This document shows, one piece after another, positions 13,984-29,713 of a stretch of DNA of 64,000 nucleotides. Each line of letters opens with the position of its first letter. The stretch's first letter is position 1. Location of the stretch: the NCBI GenBank assembly GCA_030390025.1, contig CM059432.1, forward strand, positions 54,934,001-54,998,000, written 5' to 3'. A model generated the notes under the pieces. It saw only the letters and a list, made by a program, of their open reading frames with translations. It did not search any database and was not told the DNA's origin. Both the position numbers and the translations under genes were made by a program. Origin of the DNA: Squalus acanthias. Its lineage: Eukaryota.

Positions 13984-15169
13984 CCCGTACAGAGGGAAGA
14001 GCAAGATGAGGAAGAAGACGTAGAAGAGGAGGAAGCAAAAGGAAGGATGCAACCCAGACAGACCCTTTCTGGCCGGGATATCCAGGATGGAATCATCTGC
14101 CTGTGGTACCAGTGAACACAACCCCAATTCCCCTTTCAACATTTGTCCCACACCTTACCTTCCCTCTGCCACTGACCATCACAGCGTCCTCTTGGCCACA
14201 ATGCTGAAATTAAAGCCACCACAAAACAAACTTTCCAATCCAACTTTATACATCTATCCATCCAATATGACATCAAGAAATCAACTCATCACCCTTAGGC
14301 ATTCCCTTAGTGACTGTCTTGTGTGCATCTTTGCCTATCCTACTGCTGTCACGCAGTGCTACCCCAGTGGCTGCAGCATGGCTGGTGGAAGGCTGCTGAC
14401 TTTGTGGTGAAGACTGCAGATTGACTTGCAGGTCAACCTTGAGGAGCTGGTGGCTGGGAGTGTGAAATCGAGTGACTATGTGGTATTTCTTCTTCTTCAC
14501 TCTCATCTCCCTCTTCTTGGTCACCCACTGGCTGAGCAGGCTGGTTTTCTTGAGTGTGTGAAATAAGGAAGGCACAAGGTTGGAGTTGTGGTAAGGGGAG
14601 GGCGGGAAAGCAAGAGGTGCATGCGAGAAGGAGGATAACGTATGAGGATACCAGCATCTTGTATCCTTTCAGCCCCGCTGCTGGCCAAAGGCTCAGCCAT
14701 GCCCCTGCCAAGAATGGCCAGCACTGTCTCCTCCAAGGGGGTGGTGAAGCTAGGAATGGGAGGTGTGCCTCGTGTTTGGTACAGATTGTTGGTAGGTGAG
14801 TAATTTGGTGGGTAGGGGTGGGGGGGTCGTGCAATGAGCAATGTGTGAGGCAAGTGGTGCAGTTGGTAGGAGACGGCTCTTGAAGATGCATTTACTGACC
14901 TTGACCAGTGGTCTGATGTCATGAAGCTTCTTTGAGCACTGGAGCCAGGTCGTGGGGTCAACACTGCTGGCAGTGACAGCCTTGGTAATGTGGTCCCACG
15001 TCATTCTTTCTGGAGGGCCTCCTGGCCCCTATGGGTAGAGGACCTCTCTTGCAGTGTTGACCCCCTGCACAAAGCTGGAGTGCTGCATCCGAGACCCTGG
15101 GTGCCCCTTCCCTGGCATTTGTGTTAGCGCTAAAGCACTTTTCCCATTTTTTGTTAGGTTTTTAAAACA

Positions 15170-15597
15170 AATTGTTTTATGGGATGTGGGCGTTGCTGGC
15201 AAAGCCAGCATTTATTGCCCATCCCCAATTGCCCTTCAGAAGGTGGTGGTGAGCTGCCTTCTTGAACAGCTGCAGTCCGTGTGGTTCAAGAAGGCACTCA
15301 CACAGTGCTGTTAGGTAGGGAGTTCCAGGATTTTGACCCAGTGATGATGAAGGATCAGCAATATATTTCTAAGTCAGGATGGTGTGTGACTTGAGGGGAA
15401 CTTGGAGGTGGTGGTGTTCCCATGCACCTGCTGCCCTGGTCCTTCTAGGTGGAGGAGGTTGCGGATTTGAGAGGTGCTGCCGAAGAAGCCTTGGCGAATT
15501 GCTGCAGTGAATCTTGTAGATGGTACACACTGCAGCCACGGTACGCCGGAGGTGGAGGGAGTGAATGTTTAAGGTGGTGGATGGGGTGCCAATCAAG
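15170..15597 (-). mobile_element. LINE 3' fragment (same family as 54715-55325)
   Basis: ORF 15369-15596 IGTPSTTLNIHSLHLRRTVAAVCTIYKIHCSNSPRLLRQHL. Confidence 0.8.
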
Positions 15598-16558
15598 GTG
15601 AAGGGAATTCAGCTTTAAGAGCTGAAGACTGCCATTTCGGAATTCTTTTTAAAGTTATTTTTTTTCAGAAGGCAGTTGAGCTGCAAGGGCTAAAAACTGC
15701 CTATTTTTACGATTTTAATGTTTTTCATTTCAGAAGGCAATTCCACTGCTTTCTGAAATGACAGCCTTGCTTTCAGAGCAGGCTGTTCTTGCTGCAATGA
15801 TGCAGCGGTCACATTACATTGGGGCCTCCTTCCGGGACCAATACCACCAGGACGGCGTTGCACTGTGAGTTTAGCGCTGGGCTAATGTTAATAATTCCCC
15901 AGCGCCACCATTTTCAGCGGCCTTGAACACCGGCACCGGCAGCTTTTTTGCCGTCCACGAATTTCTAGGCCAACGTGTTATAACAGTTAGATATAAAACC
16001 AATATTTCCTACATTACAACAGTATCTATACTGTAAAAGTACTTCATTGACTGTAAACCTCTTTGGGACATCCTGAAGTTGTGAAAGGAGCTAAAGAAAT
16101 GGAAGTCTTTCCTTTCCTTTCTGTTATCTGAAACTTTAATGGCGAAAAAAAAAACCCTCATCGCAATGCCACCTACAGGCATAATAGGTATTGCAGGTGC
16201 ATTCACTGGAAATATCCCATATAGTTAATAGTGGTTTTCAATGTATTTTGAAATGTAATGTTGTGACCCACCTACCATTTTTAATATATATGTTAGATAT
16301 ATAGTTACTCTCCCATGGTGCTGCTGACAGACAACAAAACATATGCTTTCTTTCAAGCACATAATCAAGGTTGGCACTTTAGTGCAATATTGTGGGATTG
16401 CTGCAGAGTCAGAGGTGCTGTCCTTTAGTGAAGACATTAAACCAAGGTATCATCTACCTTTTTGGGTGCTTCAGATGGATGTTAAACATCTCATAGCACC
16501 ATCCAAAAAACATCTCCTGATGTCCTGGCCAACTTTCAACCTATATCATGGAAAATAT

Positions 16559-16766
16559 AGAAGTCGCACAACACCAGGTTATAGTCCAACAGTTTTATTT
16601 TAAATCACAAGCTTTCGGAGCTGCTGCTCCTTCGTCAGGTGACTTCACCTGACGAAGGGGCAGCAGCTCCGAAAGCTTGTGATTTAAAATAAAACTGTTG
16701 GACTATAACCTGGTGTTGTGCGACTTCTCACTTTTGTCCACCCCAGTCCAACACCGGCATCTCCGC
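16559..16766. mobile_element. Penelope-like terminal-repeat remnant as an 84-bp-arm inverted repeat plus tail
   Basis: 16559-16642 pairs with 16645-16728 (1 mismatch). Flanked by atcatggaaaatataga (16545-16561, 16767-16783). Same family as 97-172. Confidence 0.82.
16645..16682 (+). ncRNA. Minimal hammerhead-like motif (mirror copy on the minus strand at 16605-16642)
   Basis: tcac-CTGACGA-a-ggggc-agca-gctcc-GAAA-gc-TT-gtga, with palindromic AAGCTT stem III. Confidence 0.65.
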
Positions 16767-16916
16767 ATCATGGAAAATATAGATTAATTGGACATTCATT
16801 TAATTGCTGTTTGTTGAATATCGCTGGTGCAGAATGGCTGCTGTGTTTGCCCATGTAACAACAATTACTGGTCTGCAAAAGGAAATATTATAAGTGCTTT
16901 GAGATGTTTTGACTTG

Positions 16917-19025
<2,109 letters not shown>

Positions 19026-19074
19026 TATATATATATAATATATATATATATATACACACAGTCATTTCTTTCTG

Positions 19075-21290
19075 TGTTCTATAGAAGGTTAGAAGTTTAC
19101 AGCACAGGAGGCCATTCAGCCCATCATGTCTGTGCTTTTGGCTAGAGCAATCCAAAACTAATCTGACTGATCTGTCCTTTCCCCATAACCCTGTATCAGC
19201 CTCAGTTTCAAACGTTTATCTACTCATCCCTTAAAAGGTGCAAGGGTTTTTCCCTATTCACATCAAAATCCTTCATAATTTTAAAATGCTCTATTGAATC
19301 CTCTCTTAACTTTCTCTGCTCCAATAGAGAAGGTTAAGGGGGGGGCGGGATTTGATACATAATTTTAAGTATCTTGAGTCTCTTCTCATAACTATATAGT
19401 TATCCCGGATATCATCTTGGTGAATCTACGTTGTACAGTATGGTTTTAATGTCCTTTCTACGCCATACAGTACTCCAACTGGAGCCTAACCAGTGTCTTG
19501 TACAAACTTATTACCTCTTTGCTCTTGTATTCTATGCCCTTATTCATAAAAACACAAAATACTGTTGGCCTTTATCATGGCTATCTGTATTGTCTATCTG
19601 CACCTGCAGGGAGTTCCGTATTTGTACCCCAAGATCTCTCTGTTCCTCTACCCTCCTCCATATCTTTCTATTGAGTGTGTTTTCCCATTCCTTGTTTTTC
19701 CTTCCAAAATGCATTTCCCCTTTTAATCTGCCACCTGCCTGCAGTTTCTGCTAACCGACATCCCCCTGAAGCCTTTTAGTATTTCCCCTCTTTTTTTGTG
19801 TTGTTAGCAAATTTTGATATTGTGCTTCCTGCACCCAAGACCAAGTTATCTATTATGTACACATACTGAGAGCAAAAATAGGCCCAGCACTGACCATTCC
19901 AACCCTTCTCCATTCCAAGCAACACCCACTAACTCTAAGGGCTGGATTTTGTGAATGGAGGCAAGGTGGAGGCAGGACTGCTGCTTGTCGTGTCAATGTC
20001 CCGCCTCCATCCTCGCCTGAACAACCAGAGGGATTTTCCCCTGATTGAGCTTGTTAAGCACGCCCTGCGGGCTCAGCAGGCCAATTAGGGAGGAAGTCAC
20101 TGACAAATCACGTCAACGTCAGACGTGCTATCTGTCAAGACTTTTTGAAAGAAGAAATGTCAGTGTTTGACAGCTCTGTGAAGCTGTCAAACACTGACAT
20201 TCTCTTTAGTTTGATGAGTCCTTGTGTTCAGGACTCATCAAACCTTTCAAAGTTGTAAATTTCACATGGTTATTGGAACGGAGGTTCCAACAGCCAGTCT
20301 GTGAAATTGATAAGCAGGATGTCTGCTCTCCCGATCCACCGTGGCTAAAGGCTGTAGGAAGAAAACAAGGTAAGTGAACACTTTTTTAAACTTATCACTC
20401 ACCTTGTATACTTACCACTCCACACTTGCACCCATCACTCACCTCTACATCTTACTTCCAGGTGCCTCCGACCGCCGCAGACCTCCTCCTCGTCTCCTCC
20501 AACCCGGCGGGGTTCTCCGAGGTCGGGAAGCCTTCACCTGTGAAGGTAAAATGGCACTAATCCTTTTTTCTACCTGTTAACTGGCAGTTAAAAGGATTAA
20601 ATGCCTTTCCTGCCTCCAGGAGACGGGACCCGAAGCTGCACATCTTCCCACCTCCTGGCAAAAGGGCACGGAGGCGGGATGGGGGCGGCTTTGCCATCCG
20701 CCCCCACTTTCTCCGAGTTTACCGGCTGTCCCATGGGGCTTGGAAAATCCAGCCCTAAATCTTTGTTTCCTGTCTGCCAACTTTCATTCATGCTGCTCCA
20801 TTTCCTCTTATACCACACACCTCAATTTTTCTGACAAGCCTCTAGTGAGACACCTTGGTGGAACGCCTTCTGAAAATCCATGTACACTACATCTACCGCC
20901 TTCCCTTTATATATACAAATTGGTCACTTCTTTAAAAAAAAACTCCACTGAATTTGTCAAACATGATTTGCCTTTAACAAATACATGCTGGTTGTTCTTG
21001 ATTAACCTATGCATTTCTAAATGCTCACTAATTTTATCTTTGAATTATGATTTTAGGTCTTTCATTATAACTATAGGAGTGATTTCTACTTCTGACCTGT
21101 GCTCAGTTCACCCATTAAATCTTCTCATCCCTAGTATCATCAAACTCAATCTCTGCTGCACCTTATCCATGGCTTAAATATCCTTTCTATAAACTGCACA
21201 GCAAACAGTTCTCCAATCAGTGCCATATAAATTCATTACCTCTGTTTTTGTATCCAATGTATACATACATATACACAACTTTAAATGTAA
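19075..21290 (-). mobile_element. Old degraded CR1 fragments, split by MITE B
   Basis: Reverse-complement CR1 3'UTR (ggaggccattcagccc) and decayed RT segments (tttgtcaaacatgatttgcctttaacaaat). Confidence 0.7.
19939..20755. mobile_element. Harbinger/Tourist-type MITE, family B
   Basis: TIR gggctggatttt / aaaatccagccc with TAA TSD on both sides; inserted into an old CR1. Confidence 0.88.
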
Positions 21291-22900
21291 AAATGAAAGA
21301 GCTGTCCAATTTAGTCCTACACCCCAGCTTTTTCCCCATAACCCTGTAAATTAGTCTTCTTCAAGTACATGTCCAATTGCCTTTTGAAAGTTCGATGGAA
21401 TTTGCTTCCACCACCCTTTCAGATAGTGTATTTACAAATCTCTGTGAAAATAATTCTCCTAATTTCCCCTCTAGTTCTTTTGCCAATTATTTTAAATCTA
21501 TGACCTCTGGTTATCGACCCATTTGCCAGAGGAAAGTTTCTCCCTATTTGCTCTGTCAAAACCCCTCATTATTTTGAATACCTCTATTTGGTCTCCCCTT
21601 AACCTTCTTTGCTCTAAGGAGAACAATCCCAGTTTCTCCAATCTCTCCACATAACAGAAGTTTCTCATCCCTGATATCATTCTGGTAAACCTCCTATGTA
21701 CCCTCTCCGAGGCCTTGACATCTTTCCTAAAATGTGGTGCCCAGAATTGTACACAATACTCCAGCTGAGGCCTACCCAGTGATTTGTAAAAGTTTAACAT
21801 GACTTGTTTGCTTTTATATTCAATGCCCCTATTTACAAAGCCAAGTATCCCATACGCTTTCTTAACTGCCTTATCAACTTGCCCTGCCACCTTCAAAGAC
21901 TTGTGAATATGCACCTAGAGGTCACTCTGCTCTTGCACCCCACTCAAAATACCTCGATTAGGTCTCCCCTTAATCTTCAAAATAGTATTATTTAGAGTAT
22001 ACTGCCTCTCCATGTTGTTCCTCCCAAAATGCATCACTTCACACTTATCCACACTAAATTGCATCTGCCATGTACCTGCGCATTTTACCAGTCTGTGTCC
22101 TCCTGAAATCTGCTACTATCTGCCTCACTATTTACTGTAATACGTTGGCAAGTCCTGTATCATCCGCAAACTTCAAAATTGTACTCCCTATACCCAAATC
22201 CAGGTCAATTATATATAACAAGAAAAGCAATGATCCCAATATTGAATCCTGGGGGACCCCACTGCACACTTCACTCGAGTCAGAAAAACATCCGTTCACC
22301 ACTACACTCTGCCCATCACTTAGCCAATCGTGTACCCAAGTTACCACAGTCCCTCTAATCCCACGTGCTTATATTTTACGAATAAGTCTGTTATGTGGTA
22401 CTTTATCAAATGCCTTTTGAAAGTCCATATATACATCTACTGCACTACCTTCCTCAACCCTGTTACTTTATCAAAGTACTCAGTCAGGTTACTCAGACAC
22501 AATTTGCCTTTAACAAATCCGTGCTCGCTGTCCCTTATTAACCCATTCTTCTCCAAGTGAGAATTAATTTTGTCCTCGACACTGGTCTCCAGTAGTTTTC
22601 CCACCACTGACGTTAGACTAACTGGCCTGTAGTTACCAGGTTTATCGCTCTCTCTTTTTTTTTTTGAATAGGGCTGTAACATTTGCAATCCTCCAGTCCT
22701 CTGGCACCACTCCCATATCCAAGGAGGACTGAAAGATTGTGGTCAGAGCATCTGTTATCTCCACCCTTGCTTCCCTCAGCCATCTAGGATGTATCCCATC
22801 TGGATCAGGTGGCTTGTTAACTTTGAATGATACCAACCTATTTAGCACCTCCTTTCTATCTATTTTTACCCTATCCAATATCACTACTCCCTTCTCCTCT
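21290..22900 (-). mobile_element. CR1 LINE ORF2 fragment
   Basis: Minus-strand ORFs with PGNYRPVSLTSVVGKLLE, SGVPQDSILG, KFADDT and RPQLEYCVQFWAPH; frameshifted. Confidence 0.92.
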
Positions 22901-23017
22901 ACTGAACTTTTAGATTTAACACTGGTGTAATCAAACCTGCTCCTAAGTTTAACACTATATGACCCAAGAATAGATGCTTCTGCAATCCAGAGAGAAAAAA
23001 GTACCTTTACAGACCAG

Positions 23018-23906
23018 GGGGGAGAAATTCAGTATCGCCCCATTTGGGGCGCAATTATCGGCCGGGTGCAAAGATTAGCGCCTGGCGCTAATTATCACCA
23101 CCGACTGCAAACTTGACTTTTATCGCCCCTGGGAGGTGATTGCAGCGCTAAATCAGGCGCTTCACACCTGTCTTAAGGCACAAAGGCCGAGGAGCGAGGC
23201 GCTACCTCAGAGCGCTGGCGAAGCTAATGTAATGTCAGTCAGCAATGGAACACACACACAATGCCACGGGCCAGTTCTTAAAGGGGATGGTTAATCTTGC
23301 TTTCCATCCACATCCTGCTCATTGCAGCCTTGAATCTCGGCCTGGAGAGACCTGCACATCAAATCTGCTGGTAAGAACAATGGAGAGTACCAGGCAAAGA
23401 GCTCAGAGTGCAGCCCCCACAGTCTCTTCTAAATCAATACAAGGAATGGCAAATCAAAATGAACCTGCAAAGTGCTGCTCAGTACCAAAAACTCCTTCAC
23501 ACAACGTTGAATCTCTCCAGAAGTCTCTCCCTCTCAGAATGCGTAGTTCAAAGATGGCACCAACAATAAAAGGCAGGAAGCGGTCACCTTTAAATAGCGC
23601 TCCCCCCTTTCCCTTCATGACTGGAGAACGCTCCCCTCAACCTGTCGTTGCTAGCGTCAGGCGGTAAGGCAGGGGGCGCCACTCAATATCCGCTTCGGGG
23701 CGATACCGGGGCGTTGCGCACTCGACTGACGTCACAATCTGCCGGCGCAGGAGATCGTGGCGGTAGTGTTTAGCGCCGCCGCAAAATGTCTAGTTAATTT
23801 CGCGAGCGGCGCAAACTTCGCCGTGCCTGGGCGCCAGATGCTTTGCGCCCCATTAGCGCCCTCTTAAGGCGCTAACGGGAGGCGCAACCAACTGAATTTT
23901 CCCCCC
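23018..23906. mobile_element. Non-autonomous Harbinger-type element, family C
   Basis: TIR gggggagaaattcagt / actgaattttcccccc; CAG flanks both sides; CpG-rich subterminal repeats. Confidence 0.8.
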
Positions 23907-25209
23907 CAGGAATTTAACTAACATTTTTGATTAAAAGGGAACGTGCTCAACTGGGCCAAAGTGTAGCCTAACACATACTTTACCCCCACCTAGTTTACAC
24001 ATTTTCCTTACTTGAGCTCATACTCCTTTCACAGTCCACCATCACTCAAGTATCTAAAGTTCTCCTACCAGCTCCGGCATCTCAATCTCTGATTCTTGTG
24101 TGGTCCTATACTCTGATTCAATAATTTATTCTCCCTTATCACGTTGTAATTGTGCAGCATACTGATTCTACTCCTTACCGTTACTGAGAAATCTGCTTCA
24201 AACACTGCACTGAATTAGACTTCGTGCCGAGGCCTTCAGCTACCAATTTACATCAATCACAGCTCGATAGTTCAGAATTTTTTATGGAATGCTCAGTTTT
24301 TTGCAGGAATGTTTGATGTCACCGGCAGGGCTTAGGCGCATGGTAACGAGGAAGCAGCGAATACATAGTAATCTACTGCAGTCTTTATTTTGTGAGTAGG
24401 CAGTGTTTGTAACATATGTGGTGCTAGTCTTACAATATTAGTTTTCCTTTGTGATTCCATATATTTAAATTCTGATCATAGCCAGGGTGTCTGGGTGGTG
24501 CCTTTGTGGATAAGGAAATTCAGAGGGCAAACTATTTCTGCACTGCTCCTGTATACTAACCAGCAGTGGCTAGTTCAGCAATATTGGCAGAAAGCAATAC
24601 AGATGTATAAAAAGATGCCTACCATCTTAGCTAGGTAATGGTGGAAGACAGACTCTTGCTGGGGCATACTTCCACAGATACCACCTGCCTTCCAGTACCT
24701 CGTTCAAACAGTCATTCTTTACGAGGCTAGATAGCTATTGCTGACAGACTACTCAACCATGGAAGATATAACCGAGTCCAATGTCACTCTCACCAGATGT
24801 TCTCACACATACACAATCTCCAGTAGGGGGGTCACTGAATAGCAAAGAGGAGCGGGAACTCTGGTCAATTTTTATCATCTGAAGCTTAGGGATACTAATC
24901 CGATTACAGCTAATGAATGTCTTGTAAGTTTACTTGTAAATAATTGCAATTTAAAATGCCAGTAGAGTGCAATTTACAGATGAATCTTTGATCGCGCATT
25001 ATAGGGTCTTGTCCTCATGTATTCTTTAATGAAAACTTAAGCAATTCAACAACTTATTGGTATCTTTTGAAAATATACCTCCTAAAAACCTACATCCTTA
25101 TTCCAAGAGTACTGTGAAAACAAAGCATTATGTCCTTTATCCTTCAGTAACAGATACTGCGCTGAATTAATCATCAGCACAAATTTTGTAAAACTACTGA
25201 AATGAAATG

Positions 25210-28200
25210 GGGGGGGGGGGGAAGCTTAACCACCAAGAACAGGTGGGGGGTAAAATTTTTTTTAGAGCAGGTGCGCAACCTGGCTCCAACACACTCACTT
25301 CCGGGTTTAACGGAGGCGCATTTGGATGCTGGTGATAAACCTACACACCAAAGTCGGGGATTTAATTATTGCATGCGAGCAGGTACTTATTGGCCCAATT
25401 AACATCCTTAGGAGACGATATTGAGATCTTTGCAAATTGTTTTTAAATTTAGCTCCAAATTTAACTTGTGCAGCACTGGTTTCCTGGGGCTCGGGAAACT
25501 GACCAGGAGAACGGAGGCAGGTTTGAGCAGCAGTTCAGATGGGCATTTAAATTGGTCATTGTCCCATCTGAATAAAAGTTCACTTATTGCAGCTGGTGTC
25601 TCAGTTCCCTCTAGCAAACGTTTGGCAGAGAGTACATGTGTGGATACAGCTTTTTTCAAACTGGAAGGTTTTCAAATGGACATCAGGATGGGAGGCGTAC
25701 TGGAGGTTTTGACAGAACATCAGAAGAGGAAGCCCATCACCATCCATATGCTGTGGTGGGATCAGCACAGGAGGGAGGCCGAAGTTGCAGGAGGCACTAC
25801 CCACATCACAGGGTTTACAGACAGAGGCTCGGTTTCCTTGACCTCTCGGAAAAGCAGTGTTCCCGCAGGCTGAGGTTGTTATGTCAGGTGGTGGCAGCCA
25901 TCTGCAGCCTTCTAGTGGAAGGCCTGCTCCCTGCTGGCCATGAGTTACCAGTAGCTGTGAAAGTGACCATCACGCTCAACTTTTTCACCTCCGGATCCTA
26001 CCAGGGTGCTGCCGGAGACATATTCAGGTCTCCCAATTGGCTGCACATAACTGCACAAGGCAGGTCGCTGATGGCTTGTTTGCCAGGGCCAATAATGATG
26101 TAAATTTCCCATGACGACACCAGCCAGAGTGAGCGGGCACTTGGCTTCGCCTCCGACAGGATTCCCACAGGTAGAGGGTGCCATCAACTACACACATGTG
26201 GCAATCTGAGCACCACCACAGGAACCAGGAGTGTTTATAAACCACAAGGAATATTCATCCATCAATGCGCAGCTGGTGTGCAACCACAAGAGGTTCATGC
26301 AGGTGCGCGCCAGATTCCAGTGGAGCGGTCATGATGCCTTCATACTGCAGCAGTCTAACATACCAGAACATTTTGTTCCAGGAAACAGACTCCTTCAAAC
26401 TTGGCTCATGACACCGGTGAGGAACCCCACCAATGAGGCGCAGGAGCGCTACGAGAGCCACATGACCACCAGGTGTGTCATCGAGCAAGCCATTTGAATG
26501 TTGAAGATGCACTTCAGGAGGCTGAATAGTTCTGGAGGCATCCTTCAACTCGCTAGCGAGGGTATCCAGAATAAGTGTGCTGCGTCTTGTACAGCCTTGC
26601 ACAGCAGAGAGGATTGAAGGTGGAGGACGACAAAAAGGCTCATCAATCAACTTTGGATGAGGAGCAGGTGGAAGAGGAGGATGAAGATGGGGCATCCATC
26701 ACCAGACCAGCTGCCCTAATATCACAACAGTTCACCTAGTGCAAAACATAAGAAATGAAGTCCTGCGGTTTGCTCCCACCACCAGGACCATCCCTGCCTC
26801 CCCTTTGCACTAAACAGACCTTCAACCACTTATCCACCCATTGCACCGCTGCTCAATGTATAGTCATGCATTAACATTCATCATGAGAAAAGTGAAAGGG
26901 CGAGTTGGCACTTGGGATGCAATAATGGGCAAGATGTGGAAATGGTGCTAATTAATAAATTTTATGTGGGATTAAAAAAAGGAAACTTAACACAACATTC
27001 TGTCAAAGACCCATGTGGATACCCTTGGTGAACTACAATTTCTTCAAATTATGCTTCCCACTGCTTCTACGTGGTGCATCTTGTGTGGCTTTAGCATGGC
27101 TCAGACCCCTACTCTGACTATTGAGATGCTTTTGGCCTACACCCTCCAAGATTTGGAGCCCCCAGGGTCCCAAAGACTGCTCCACCTGCACCTGCACAGG
27201 GGCAGACTTGGCCATCAGGAGCCGAGGCAGCATGTTGGGTACTGGCTGGGGGAGTGAGGGGGGCAACAGGTGAGAAGTGGAAGTGCTTTGAGTGGAGTTC
27301 TCACTCCCATGTCCCCTTTCACGATCATCCCTCTCCTGGGCCAGTGCCACATCACCCCTACCACTCTGCTGCACGCCAACTTGATGGAGATCAGTGACGT
27401 GTTGTAAGATGACGGATAAGGTAGGTCATCCTGTTTAAGGTGGCAGACAAATTAGCATCCAAAGTCTGCATGGGCGTAGTCATGGCCTACATGGACTCAT
27501 TTGAGAGCCGTGCTTGAAGCTCCAAGGAGGCGGCCATTCTCTGCATTGCAGACATTCTAGCAATTCCTTGCGTCACCAACCCACGAGCGATCGAGTTGGA
27601 CTCCTCCATCCGCTTTGCTATTTTGGGGAGTGTGCGTGGCACGCCTGTCAGTACCTGGCCAAGTTGCTGAAGCACCTCTAGCATTCTTCTTCTCAACAAT
27701 AGCCCCCAGGGTTCAGCATCTGTGTCCAGCTGAGCAGAGCTTGGATAGGATTGTGCCCCACGACGCAAACTCTGCACAGCTGTCCCTGCCACCAGTGTCT
27801 GCTCGTGGTCTCTTGAGGTGTGAATCACCAGATGAAAACACAACTATCCAAGTGGCTCCACCAAAGTGTGAGTATCTGCGCTGGTGCATGGCTGTAAGTG
27901 TGACAGTGCACCCTCAGAAGGAATGAGGTCCTCTGAGGAATCATCCTCATTATGTCCTGCGACTCAGTCATGGCAAAGTCATAATCTTGCCAACCATACT
28001 CAATCTTCTCATTGTTCAGTCATTGGTGAAATAAATGTGTCAGAGGTATTTATAATTGTCCCTGTCTCTCCATCTCTGATTGAGAGGGATGCAGACTAGC
28101 CACTTATCTCCAGGGCATCCTCCTCTGTATCTGTGAACTAGACTATTTGTGGCAGCCCACCTCCAATCCCCTCCCTCACACTTTACGCTCTCTTCTCCTA

Positions 28201-28950
28201 CAAGGGGCGAAAAAAACAGACCAGAGTGAGTGAAGGGGAGGATGGATTCAGCCGATGGATGCAGTGCATTCGGTGAGGGTGACTACGAGACAGATGCAGC
28301 ACATTGCATAAGAATTGGGGTGAGTGGCAATGATGGATGAATGGGGAGGTGATGAAGTACATAGAAAGTGAAGGCTGGGTGCTGCTGAAAGTTGAGTGGG
28401 TGTGAGGAGTGATGTGAGAGAATGCTTGGCAAGACAGAGTGGTGGGGGGTGGGCTTAAAGCACAGGATGTAGGTGAATCAGCAAATGTACTCACTTTCCC
28501 AGACTAGGTTTGGTCATTAAACCACTTCCTACATTGCATCCAAGACCTGGGCACCACACTCCTGTTACTCACTTCCTCAGCTATCTCCAAACACATCATC
28601 TTGGTGAGAGCTGCAGGTTTCTTCCTCCCATTGCAGGGGAAAAGTATGTCTTTCCTGCTCCGAGCAGTAGTTCCAGTGATGCATCATTGAATCTGGGTGC
28701 TGCCCTTGCTCTATGTCCACCATCCATCCTGAACTCCTCCAATTTCCATATGTGCATTGTCCCTTTAAATACAGCTGAGATCACATCATGAGTCTGTGCA
28801 TCACGCCCGCTGCGCAGCTTGGAGACGCGAAGCCTGGAAGTCAAAATTAATTGGTACAATTGAGTTGAGATTGCAGATTCTGACCCACTCATTTGACTTC
28901 CAGGTTTCATCCATGCAACTCCATCCCCCCGGCTGGAAAGTCACCTTCTT
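25210..28950. mobile_element. Older, diverged two-gene Harbinger element
   Basis: + strand nuclease relics ([47 protein letters not shown]) at about 25680-26740. Minus-strand Myb relic (ARAAPRFNDASLELLL) near 28500-28725. Ends approximate. Confidence 0.75.
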
Positions 28951-29539
28951 AGTAATATCAGGGCCAATGTTTCTGGAATTGGAACAATATTACAATAGCA
29001 AAGATATAAACTTGTACCTGAATCGTGAGAAAAAAAAAGGAAAAATCAACACTTTCAAAACAGGATTTTTGCAAAGAACCTTGTAATTATAGCAAGGGTC
29101 ACTGCTTTACAGTCACTGAATAAGTCACATTGCATGCGATTCCATAATGTTCACTGTTATATTAGGGATTGTATTCTGCAATTCCATCCATTTTGCTGTG
29201 AAAACCACACGATCAGTGGCCTTATAAGGTTGCAAGGGACTACTGGAGTTTATGCTTAGTAATGCTACCTTGTTCCAGGGAAAGAAAATAATTTCCAAAA
29301 TGGCAATTTACATAAACAAATTGTAGACTTCTGCAAAAAAAAGTGGATGCTCTTTTATGTTAAACCTAAACAAACTTAATTTGGGCCGGCCTGATTTTCT
29401 TACTGCATGTCGCTGTTTTGAAGGCCATTCGAAGGATGCAGTTCCCCACACAAAATTGAAGGGACCAGTCCCCTCTTTACTGATGTTTTAAAAAAAATTG
29501 TTATGGAGTTTCATGCTTTTCTTACTTCAGTCTCAACCT

Positions 29540-29549
29540 TTTATTTATT
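29540..29549 (-). terminator. Candidate TYMS polyadenylation signal(s)
   Basis: Overlapping AATAAATAAA on the minus strand about 30 nt downstream of the TYMS stop codon. Confidence 0.5.
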
Positions 29550-29575
29550 ATCAGCTCAGGCAGGCAGAAGTAGTG

Positions 29576-29713
29576 TTACACAGCCATCGCCATCTTGATA
29601 GTTGGGTGTGGATCATAGCCTTCTAACCTGAAGTCTTCTGTTTTGAAGTCATTGATATTTTCCACATTGCGCAAGATCTTCAATTTTGGAAAAGGCCTGG
29701 GTTCACGCTGGAG
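29576..29713 (-). CDS. TYMS: Thymidylate synthase exon 7 (last coding exon)
   Basis: 138 nt after ttgacag|; encodes LQREPRPFPKLKILRNVENINDFKTEDFRLEGYDPHPTIKMAMAV*. The seven exons total 873 nt, one open frame. Confidence 0.97.
   Translation of the reverse strand, partial: LQREPRPFPKLKILRNVENINDFKTEDFRLEGYDPHPTIKMAMAV

Larger units (their letters stand above)
13420..15971. mobile_element. Internally deleted Harbinger relic
   Basis: Minus-strand Myb relic WDHITKAVTASSVDPTTWLQCSKKLHDIRPLVK|gtcagt (about 14900-15120). Acidic nuclease C-terminal relic near 13990-14110. TIR-like right end gaatttctaggcc. Confidence 0.6.
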
